Assembly (NCBI GenBank): GCA_038496445.1
Contig: JALMLS010000343.1
Location: forward strand, 124,001 to 188,000
Length of the DNA stretch: 64,000 bases
DNA from: Trichosphaerium sp. ATCC 40318
Taxonomy: Eukaryota > Protista > Tubulinea
Direction: 5' to 3'
The notes beneath the pieces were generated by a model. That model searched no databases, had not been told where the DNA came from, and saw only the letters and a program-made list of their open reading frames with translations. Below, piece after piece: positions 14,271 to 25,371 of the stretch. A program made the position numbers and the translations under genes. Positions within the stretch are counted from its first letter, which is position 1. Each line of letters begins with the position of its first letter.

Positions 14271-16823
14271 ATGCGCCACGTATTAGCGCTACTAGTGGTC
14301 TTTGTGTTACTTGACGTATCAGGCGCGTTTATGGCGTCTGAGTATGTTAACAAAAAAGAACTGCTCGATGGTGCGTATACAATACACTGGAACGTAGACG
14401 AGCGTATTGGTGTAATATACATGGCTTTGGACGTAAAAACTACCGGTTGGGTTGCTTTTGGTATTGGCGAACCTACCTCTGGAAGGTACAGCTCTTTCTT
14501 TAATTGTTTTGTACACAATTCTGAAGTGTACGCTCTAAAGAGCTAACTTTACTTTGTAATAGCATGGGTGGCTCCGACATGGTATGGGGCTATGTCAACG
14601 GTACGTCAGTTGTGCTTGTTATTTGAAAAGCTTAAATCGCCGTATTTATACTTATTTCTTATTTAGACACTACTGGAAACACAACAGTAACTGATAGCTA
14701 TTGTACAAAGGTGAAACTCCTAAACTTTTTTTTTTTCTTTTTTCGGAGCGCTTGAACTGATTCTGTTTGTGCATAGACTGGTGCTATTCCAATTCCTGAT
14801 GACATGTCTTGTAACGACTGGGCAGTCTTAAGTGGTAATCAGGTGAATGGGAGAACGATTATAGAGCTACAACGCCTACTTGACACTGGGCATAGCCAAG
14901 TACTTTTTTTTTTTGGATTTCATTGTATTTTTGTTTTGTTCTTTCCGAAAAGAGTATTCTTGTTGATTTCTCTCTAGGATAGACCTATAATGCGAGGATC
15001 TAATAGAGTAGTTATTGCTTGGGGAGACGGAGGGGATGACATATTTGGATATCACGGCACAAATAGGTGTAAGCTATAAATAAGTCGTTTTTGCTACATG
15101 GTTTATGCCCGAAAAAAATAGTCTTGACGTGTTCGCTCAATTAATTTCTTAATCTCTTTTGTAGTTGCTACTTCCATAGTTTTTTATGGAGAAGATGAAT
15201 ATTATGAGGCAACGCATCATAATTCATCAATATTTATTGGAGTTATGCCAGGTTAGATGCCATATTTCTTGATCAACAAAATCACTGTACTTACCTTTTT
15301 TTTTATTTTTAGATTTCCAACTTCCAAATCAAGTAACCACCTATGCTTGTACAGCTATTGAGATATCTGATAGTAAACCAATGCATATTATTGCGGTACA
15401 GCATTTATTTGTTTCACACGTCAATAGTTCTGCTGATTTTTTTTAATCAAAAGTACGAGCCTATCATTGACAATACAGAATTTATTCATCATATGCTTGT
15501 ACATGACTGTACAAACTCTCCTATATATGAAAACCTAGAAGGGAATATAACCACAGCATGTGCCGGTATGCCACAAGTACGTTGTCACTGTCATTCCAGA
15601 AACGCAGTAAAAGCTAATGCAAAGATTACTGTAGTTTCAAGGGTGTAAGATACTTTGGGGTTGGGCAGTAGGAAGTACTGGATTTGCTCTACCTCCTGAT
15701 ATTGGTATGCCATTAGGTAAAGATGGTGCTACGCGTATCGTTATAGAGATACACTACAACAACCCACAAAAAAAGGCAAACGAATCGGATAGGTATAGGC
15801 ATAAAATTTGCCTTTGGTTTTTCATTCGACATGGCTTACTTCTCAACCAGTTCTGGCGTAAAGATTTTCGCGACAGAACAGCTTAGACCTATAGTAGGCG
15901 GTATGATGAGTCTTGGAGACCCTCTAGTAAAAGGTGTCGATATACCAGCCCAGTCTACTGACGTACGCTATATTTGCTTATGGTTGACCGTTGGTTTATT
16001 ATTTCATAGGTCGAGCGATGGTATTCGTGTCCTAGTGAGTGCACAGAAGGGAAAGAGTGGACAGAGCAAACTATCACTGTATTTAGCTCATTTCTGCATA
16101 TGCATGAGTTTGGTAATTGTTTTATTACATCTAGTACGCCTAGCATACCCATTAACCCATACTTAGGTACTCAAATATGGACACAAATCACTCGCCCTAA
16201 TGGAACTACTTTTGAAGGCAACAGAATTGACTACTGGGATTTTGGTGTGTTTTCTTGGTGTTTTTTTTATTCTTTCTTTTTTCTGTTTTTTGCGGGCGTT
16301 GTTTTTGACTGTTGTTAGCTTTTCAACAAACTACAAGTGTAAATTATGAGATACATAAAGGAGATAGAATAAACGTGCATTGTTTGTACAACACGGCAGG
16401 TAGAACACAAGAAGTGAAGATGGGCATTGGATCAGAGCAAGAGATGTGTCAAGTATATGCATTGTACTATCCAGTAATACCTACCGTCCGCTTGTGCGGT
16501 GGAGGCGGATCAGGTGGAGTACTATGTGGTAGACTGTTGAACGTACCAAATAGATTCCCACTCAGTACGACACATTTGCTATTTTTCTGTTTGCACTTAA
16601 CTCTTTTTTCTAACTTTGTTATTGTAGTACCTGATCCAGAGTCGTTTCGTATTAAGAAATTTGAGCAGCCACCTGATGTTTGCAATGTACCTTCAAGCAA
16701 TACTAGGTAAGTTGTTGTTGAGAGATGTATTAATGAAGTTAACTTATACTTTTTCGCAATAGGAGGGTTGCTTTTATGTTTCATTTAATCTGTTTGACAA
16801 TCATTATCATGTTGGTTGTTTAA
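14271..16823 (+). CDS. DOMON + copper type II ascorbate-dependent monooxygenase (DBH/MOXD1-like); signal peptide and hydrophobic C-terminus
   Basis: DOMON GWVAFG..SMGGSD. Copper ligands IHHMLV, EIHYNNP, LHMHEFG and EQEMC. Ends in a hydrophobic tail. Confidence 0.9.
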
Positions 16824-17015
16824 CAATAGACAAAAAACTGTAAAATAACACGTGTATTGTATCGGAAATAAAGCAGACAATTTCCGTAAAATGAAACATT
16901 ACAGGACTGGTCTACATTTCGCTTGTGGTGCAACATGCCATGTAGTCATAGTTTTCTTAGCCACGCTTAGCGTGTTGGGCTAGCTTAATATTTTGTACAA
17001 ACGCTGAATGAAGGC

Positions 17016-17732
17016 TTAAAGGCTGTTTGTATTTCGTTCCCACACTGCTTTTACACCTTCAACTGTCACTTGTTTGCAACCACTTACATCTATCGTATGC
17101 ACAGTTCCAAGAGAAGCAATACCACTGTCTGTGATATTCGGGCAGTAACTCAAATCAATTTGATGAACACCAGCAAGATAACCAAGTCCAACATCAGTGA
17201 TATCTGTACATTCACTCAAGTCAATACTATGCACTCCGGCAAGAGCTTTCAATCCCTTATCTGTAACACGTGTACCTTCTAAATCAATAACTTGCACTCC
17301 AGATAATAGAGATATACCAGCGTCTGTAATCAAAGTACAACCATTCAAATAGATTTGTTTGGCTTTCCGTAGTTGATACAAATGTTTATCAGTAAGAACA
17401 TCACGTAAATCATGGCAATCAATAGCTGTATGTCTTAGCATACCACTGTAGTGTTTTATAATGTATAAGTCTTCGATATCCTTTGGGAAAGCTCTCTCGT
17501 ATCCTACACGATGGTGGACGACCTTAGAGAGGCGAAGGCATGTTTGTGCAACTGCGTATCTTGAGCGTCTCAAAAAGCTAACAATCAACGATAACACGTC
17601 AACAGGCAATCTAAGAAGACAACGTGGTTTCTTCCTCTTTTTGTTTCTTACCCTAAGGCAAGTTACACGTTTAGTTTTCTTCGTAGAACCCAAAAAGCGT
17701 TCTCAATAGTACCTTTGGAGCCTTTTGGACAT
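17016..17732 (-). CDS. F-box/leucine-rich repeat protein
   Basis: LLRLPVDVLSLIVSF F-box followed by repeats of GVHxIDLSxCxxITDxG. One 5' intron (MSKRLQR|VRNKK). Confidence 0.85.
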
Positions 17733-17927
17733 AGTTCTCTTTTCAGTTATGATTTGGCAATGCCGTTTTAATTATGTTTATTTCACACGTGCTGTGGCTT
17801 GCCCAGGAATGATTCTAACGATGTGAAGGCTTATCGTCGATTAAGAGTGGCTTTGATGTCAGAAAAATGTAGTTAAAGTGGCTTAATCCTATGTACAATT
17901 AAGCAACAAAGTTGCGTAAATCACAGA

Positions 17928-19531
17928 ATGGAAGACCAACAGGAAACGAAAAAACCAGTTTGGATTCCATTGGAGTCTAATCCTGCTGTTTTAAACAAGG
18001 TAAAATAGTGATTAAGCTTAGAATACTAATAAATTATAGTTTGTTGCTAATCTCGGCGTAAGCAAAGCATGGTACGCATTTTAAAATAAGTTCGAGTAAC
18101 GGACAACATTTTAAACGAATACAGGGGCTTCCACGACGTGTACGGCTTAGATCCAGACGTCCTGCAGTTTACACCAGCTCCATGTCGCGCTGTTATCCTA
18201 TTATTCCCTACTAGCAAAGTAAACAGGCCCTAATCTATGCTGTGATGATAATAAACTCACTACTAATAGCTCAAAGAGTACAAAAAGAACAAGCTGAGAA
18301 GATAAAAAAAGAAGGCCAGACAGTCAGTAAAAACCTTTATTTCATGCGTCAACACGTTGGAATGGCGTGTGGAAGCATAGCAGGTACTCTTCAAAGCAAT
18401 ACAAAATGTCACTAGGAACAAAAACTCCAACTCGATAACAACGTTATTCTAACACGCGAGCAACAAGCATACCAAAGCCTACCTCACAGAACAACAACAC
18501 AGCCTTTTTTTTTGACGTTTTCCGATTTTAATTGTTCTTTTTTTTTTAGTGATCCACTGCATCCTGAATAACACCAACAGTATCGATCTTGGTACGTCCA
18601 CATTTATGTTTATGTATATATTACTTACTTACATTATTTGTAAAGAAAATGATGGAGGTATGAAGAAGTTCTTGGATAGAACACTAGCAAAAACACCATC
18701 TGAGCGTGGTCACATGTTAGGTAACACAATTTTCTCCTTACTGATTTTGAAATCAAATGCATCGTACTATCGTACTCACTGATAGCAAAGGTACTGATCC
18801 TGATATAACAAAGGGTCATGGATCTGCTGCTAACGAAGGTTCTACAAACGTACGAACTATTAATACCATAATTCTGTGACTCATTCTTTCGTGCTGCAGT
18901 TGTTTTTTTTTTTGAAACAATCTGTCCAGTCTTGCCATGTTTTTACTAAATTGTTACACATAGCCAACCGACTTTTTAAAAACGGATCTACACTTCATTG
19001 GCTTTGTAAATGTAGATGGACATCTGTATGAGATGGATGGAACGAAGGTATAGCTACAGACCCCTCAAAACATTTTTAGAAAAACAAGCAATAAACTAAA
19101 AAAATACGTTAAGGAATTTCCAATAAACCACGGACCAACAACACCTGAGACTTTCCTCGTAGTACGCTTACATAACCGCAGGCATTCTATCTAACCTTTT
19201 ATGTCATAGGACGCCGCCAAGACGATAAAATCTGAGTTTGTTGCAAGGGTAAGCCCTGCTGAACTCATGTTCTCCGTTATAGCTCTTGCACCAAATCAAG
19301 CAGAAGATGTAGGGTGCGTTGTTTAAAATATGTGTATTTATTACTGTAAGATGACTTATAGCGTATAGGAGCGCACCTGCAGCAGCGCCTGTAACTCAAG
19401 AAAGTGATGTCACCGAAGAAAAGGTAAACTCTCTAGTATCTATGGGATTCGCCAAGGAAGTTGCAGTTGAGGCGCTTACAGCTACTGCTGGTAAGCTAGA
19501 CATGGCTATTAACTTGTGTCTTGGAAAATAA
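17928..19531 (+). CDS. Ubiquitin C-terminal hydrolase (UCH-L1/L3, peptidase C12) with C-terminal UBA domain
   Basis: WIPLESNP, FHDVYGLD, catalytic QHVGMACG / LHFIGF / YEMDG. Last exon encodes KVNSLVSMGFAKEVAVEALTATAGKLDMAINLCL. Confidence 0.9.
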
Positions 19532-19936
19532 ATTGCTGTTGCATACAACCACCATTTTCACGTTGTTCTTGCGGTTGTTAATATGACTTTCTTGCCTGCT
19601 TGCGTTAATGACATTCCATAACACTCCGTAGAAAACCCAAACCATGTGATTGGATCTGACAAAAGACACATCACGTGATTTTACAAAATAGTTTACTCCT
19701 ACACGTGATTATTGAGTACGCTCTTGCCGTTAAAAACAAATTCGGAACAGTTTAGAAGCTGCCTGAGGTGTCTTTCGAAATTTCTGTATCCATTTTGGTT
19801 GGTTTTAGATACTTTGGTGCATGGCATTTCTTGTTCTTTTTATTGGAACCCAAACTGATCTATTTTTTAATTTTGTTAACTTTCTATCTCCACTTTAAGT
19901 TGTTTGACTTTTCAGTTTTGCTAGCATACAACAAGC

Positions 19937-21312
19937 ATGACAAGAGTTCTTCTAGCAGTGGCTGCCCTCTTAGTAGTGGCTATCGCCATGGAAATCCCTT
20001 ACGAAATCCGCCACGAAAAGTTTAACTACGAGGATGTTAACCCATTCTTGTACAAGAACCACACGTACGTCCTTTGGTTAAAACATGATATTGCTATCTT
20101 TTTTTTCATTTTATTTCGCTCCACGTGCCCACTAACCGTTTTTTCAGTATTGGTATCGTTGGTGGTGAGTCTGTCGAGGCTCCAAACACCTTTGGATGGA
20201 CAGTAGCTCTACTTGGAAGCGGTTCTGGTTCACAATTCTGTGGTGGTTCTATCATCAACTCAAAATGGATTCTAACTGCTGCTCACTGTGTAAGCAATGG
20301 AGGACGTTACAGAATCAAAGCAGGTATGCTCGCTAGCGAAATTTAAAGTTGACCCAACAATTTTCGTTTTCTTTTTCTCTTTGGTCTTTTCTTGGTAGCA
20401 AGGGTAGTGTACACCTTGGTAGCAAGGGCAGCATTACTATTCATCACGTGAAAACAGACAATAACTAATTTGGTAGGTTCCCTTGATAAGCGCGCAAGCA
20501 ACGGAGGTGGTAAAGTGTACGTTCTACAAGTTCCCGTTTTTACGTGTTTTTGTTAAAACGAATTTTCACTATGTTGTACAGCCACGTGTACTGACTCACT
20601 ATTTAGATACGACACTGGTGCCGCTATCAGATACCCTGGCTACAACCCTTCCACCCTTGCTGGAGATTTCGCTGTAATTCCAATCGTTGGAGAAATCGAA
20701 ATGGATACTGTAACGTACGCCACGTGCATGCTTTTTTTTTTTGGTTTGTTTTGGTTATTTTACTAATCCAGTTTAGTTTCCCAATTCAATTGGCTACACC
20801 TGCTGATGATAAATGGGATGAATCTAATACTGATGCATTCACTACAGGTTGGGGTGCCATGAGCGAAGGTGGTGCTGCCACCAACTTTTTACGTTGGGTA
20901 GATGTCCCTCTTACAACGTACGATGATCTCTTTTTGTTTCTTTAGTTTTGACCCTTCTCACCACGTGTTTAGCAACGTTGAGTGCGGTAGATACTACTCT
21001 CAATACAACATTGACCAAACCATGATCTGTGCCGGTATCATCGGCCCATGCAACGGTCAAAACCAACCAAAATGCAAAGACGCTTGCCAAGGAGACTCTG
21101 GTGGTCCAATGGCAATCAACCCTGAAGGAACTTGGATCCAAGTCGGTGTTGTCTCATGGTACGCAAGTTTCTAATCTTCAAAGAGAGCCCGTTTTTACTA
21201 TTATTTCTGACTGTTTAAAAGGGGTATCGGATGTGCTCGCCCAGATAACTTTGGCGTATACGGACGTGTCTCTTACGCCAACAAATGGATCTCTGATACC
21301 ATTGGTGCTTAA
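19937..21312 (+). CDS. Secreted trypsin-like serine protease (S1A)
   Basis: Signal peptide, activation site [29 protein letters not shown]|GIGCA. Confidence 0.95.
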
Positions 21313-21455
21313 ACACCCTTGTTCTCGATCAATAAAATCTGGTTTCAACGCCAATGTTGCTTTCGTACTTTTGATCTTGCTTGAAGAAACGCTTTGACTT
21401 TTTTTGTAAATTTGTTATTTTTGTAGTTGTACAGTTGCCAATGTGATGAATTTAT

Positions 21456-24082
21456 ATGCGGGAGGCTGTATTGGCAAGAGCACAGCGCTTGCAAGGTACA
21501 AATACGGTTGTGTTACATTAAAACGTGTGTATTGCGTTAAGAAACGCTGACACGCACGAAACACATGTTTTGCGGTTGTCAGGACGCGGTTGCTGTAATT
21601 TCAGGCCTTCGCTCATAGAAATACCTTTAGAAGCTCGCGATTCGAGTATAACACGTACAATACGCCAAATTACCAATATACCGGATACTATAGACCACAG
21701 AAAACGTGTAGACTCATGGGGCCGCAAACTAAACCTAAAACAGCCTCGCCAATGGTATACGGTAGAAACAGCTGAAGTGGTACAATTGGGTGGAGCGTCA
21801 ACGCTAAAGCAGTGCGTTAAATGACGTAATTTCGTTTGCAACTTTTCCTTATTTTGCAATTCGTTTGTTTGGACGAAAAGGTCTAATAGCTCACCAAGGT
21901 ATGGTTCCCTCTATGCTACAATCATCGACGCATATCCAGAGATGATCTGGGATGCAACAAAATTCACGTGCGGACAATAAAACAAGACAAAGTGCTTCTC
22001 ACGTGATATTTTGTTTATTAGGCGTGTTCCAAAACAACACTGGGCTGATGTTTCACATCAACGTATTAGATTTGATACTATAGCACGAAAGATAAATGTA
22101 AAGATACTAGAGGATTGGTATACTATATATGCCGAAGATATTTTATGGTATGGTGGTGCTGGCGTCCTGAACAAGTACGTTTTGATTTTTGTACAAAGAA
22201 AGAATCAATACTCAATTTCTGTTTAAGATACGATTACTCTGTTGTGGATGCTCTCTCTGCTATTTATCCTGAACATACATGGCACCCAGAACAATTTTTA
22301 CGTGCTCAAGGAGAAGCTACACTGTTGTATCAACGTAAATTGATGGATGATGTTGGTGCCCGGCTCGGCGTAAAAAAACGCGAGGATTGGTATGCCTTGA
22401 CTTCATCTGATGCTTACAGGGTCGGTGGTAAACCTGTCCTAAACAAGTATGCCAATATATCTTACATCTATTACATATACTTAATATAATGCTAGGTATA
22501 ATCGATCATTACGACTTGCATTAGATGCAGTGTACTCTGAATATGTTTGGGAGAAAAAACTGTTTAGGTAAGTTTAATTGTAAAAAAAGCAGTTCTCACC
22601 TTGACGCAGGCAGAAGCTTCCAGAGGCATTTATCAAAGGACAACAACATTTATTCGATACTATAGCTAGTAGATTGAATATAAAAACGCTTGATGATTGG
22701 TATCTAGCATCACCAGAAGAGATAATGCCGTTAAGTAGCATCCTATCCGGGTAATAATTTTTTTTAACGCCTCTTTGTTCCTAAGCATGCATCTTTTTAG
22801 CCGTTATAATGGATCATTATCACGTGCTCTTGGTATGGTATATCCACATGTTGATTGGGACATATGGCGCTTTAAGTACGCATGAAGAGAAGAATTCTGT
22901 GATGAGTATTTAATTAACATTTGGGGTTTTTCACTAGGACTGTTCCCTTGGGCTATTGGAATGATATCTCAAATCAAAGAGAATATTTTGATTGTATCAG
23001 CCGCGAATTAAATGTAAAGGATATGGAAGGTTGGTATAAAGTAACACAAGGGGCTATCCACGCTCATTCAGGTGGAGGGTTAATGAACAGGTTCAATAGT
23101 CTTTTAATCTAAGATTTAAGCTTCTCATTGCTGATCGCTTTGTTGTAGATATGCAAACTCTATTTCAGCAGCTTTGGCAGCAGTTTATGATGATTGGGAT
23201 TGGGACCTTGAAAAATTCATGCACGTGATTTTCACGTGTATATGTGTTAGTTCGTACCGAGATAATAGAGATTCTAGGACTCTACCACATAACTATTGGA
23301 TGGACGGTGCAAGACAGAGACAACGCGTTGAAGAGGTTGGAGAAGAGTGGCGTGTTATGGTCCATGATGATTGGAATAAAATAAAAACTTCTCAAGTAAA
23401 AGAATCGATGCGCACGATAATCGACAGGTGAGTTAACTTTAAACAAAATCAAATTGTAAAAACTATTTATTGATCAAGTTTTTACTGTGTGTTGATTGCT
23501 TAATGTTAAATCTAGATATGCTGGATCGCTCACGAGATCATTACAGGCGCTGTACCCTCAATTTGCTTACCGTTGGAAATCAAAGTGGAAGTACGTATAC
23601 CCAAGACAATAGAAAATAAAAAAACCTTGGAAAGGTTTTGATGCTAAAACGACTTAACACTCTGTTTTAAGACAACCGAGTCGTCATTGGCAAAATCCTG
23701 ATAATGTGTTCGAATTTGTACGGTATGTGGAGCAAAAACTTAATATCACAGATGAGCGTATGTGGTAAGTAATAAATTTGACAGTTGGTTTTTTTTTTTA
23801 TAGTTTCTGACTGACCTTGTCTTAAAGGCTACGTGTGTCAACGGGTGATATTAACAGATTGGGTGGTGGAGGGGCATTACCATATTTCCGTGGTGCCTTG
23901 ACTATGCTCTATGATCCCCGTTGGATTAATCAATGGGCATCAAGGTCATTCGGCGCTGGTACCAAATCTAGACAAAGGTACAAAAAAATGCACTTTAAAG
24001 TTGCTCATATTTTTCAACTGACAAACTACAAAGGTGCCTACGAGAACACATTGTGAATATATTCAAACCAGTAATGAACTGA
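21456..24082 (+). CDS. Helical tandem-repeat protein: about 7 repeats of ~72 aa (W..QR..D.+..L.+K..DWY..GG..L.KY..S+..AL..YP..W)
   Basis: Seven aligned repeats after splicing. Resembles an uncharacterised repeat family I recall from amoeboid protists. Function unknown. Confidence 0.75.
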
Positions 24083-24534
24083 GTGATTAAAGAGCTTTGA
24101 ATAATTTGCTCCAAATTGTATTATTAGTAACAATAAAAAGTGTATTTGCCAGAAGAACATGGAGACAAGTTCAACCTTAAAACCCAAAAAGAAAAATGCT
24201 GAAAAACAAACATTGTTATCTCTTTGATATTCAATACTGTGAGATATCAATAAGGGATGGTACATGATAAATAAGAAAGATTCAGTCTTGTGAAGCTTAT
24301 AATGAAAGTGTTAGTGTTAATGGAAATCAAGAGGAGGGCGCACTGTTTTTAGGAAAAGGAATCAACAAGAATCTAGAATGAAATATTCTATTCATTTATT
24401 ATTCTCCTTCTGTTGTGTGTTGCAGCAGAAGTAGTATTTATATCCCTTTCAAGCTCAATACAGTACATAGTTGTGGTGCTCAACCTGCCATTTGTCTTGG
24501 CTTCGCATATACCGGTAGTGTTCTTACATGGCCA

Positions 24535-25125
24535 CTACTTTGTTCCTCTGACATCGAAAATGGTGAATCCCTGCCTTGTTATTGATTTACAGCCATTGAA
24601 TTTAACTGAAGGAACTCCTATCAGAGCTTTCACAGACTCATCAGTAACATTTGTACGTTGTAAATTAATGGTGTGAACACCAGACAGTGCTTTAACACCC
24701 TCATCTGTTATCAATTTACATTCTTGTAAATTAATAGTGTGGACACATACCAATGCCTTCAATCCTTCATCAGTTATATTAGTGCGCGATAAATTAATCT
24801 CATGTACACCAACCAAAGCCTTCACCTGAATCTGTTATTCTGCAACTATGCAAATTGATTGTGTGAACACCAGCCAAAGCCTTCAAACCTTCGTCTGTTA
24901 CTTAGCAGCTACGCAATCTAATAACACGTACACCAGCAAGTAAATGTAAGCACATATTTGATAATATCCAACGTGGTTGTGTACGATACTACGCAAGAAG
25001 TGGCAAGTTTGCGCAGAACGAAGTGTACAAGTTCCCTGTTTAAGAATATGAACTATTATTTCAACTGGGAGCGCTACAAGGTCACACACATGCTGGGTAC
25101 CGGTTTCTATGTACGATTTTTTCAT
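24535..25125 (-). pseudogene. Disrupted F-box/LRR paralogue of 17016-17732
   Basis: F-box LVALPVEII..AQTC..HNHVGY aligns with the paralogue. Stop at 24898. LRRs resume in another frame with a second frameshift at about 24825 (ITDSG/VKAL). Confidence 0.65.
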
Positions 25126-25371
25126 TCCAATACAATAGCTTGAACACGTGATGTGAACCCAACAAATATTCGATCCAAAAAAATTCAACCAAAAGACGTC
25201 AAACCAGTTCTTTGGCACGTGATGCTCACTTCGTACAAACATAAACGAAAGAAACCTTGTTGATTATTAAGCTAGCTAATCTGAACCATTCAGCTTTATT
25301 TATCAAGTTACAGTTGCATAGCGAGTTCCCGTTTAAAAGAGCGTTTGTAAAATACCGTATTTTTTTTGTTT

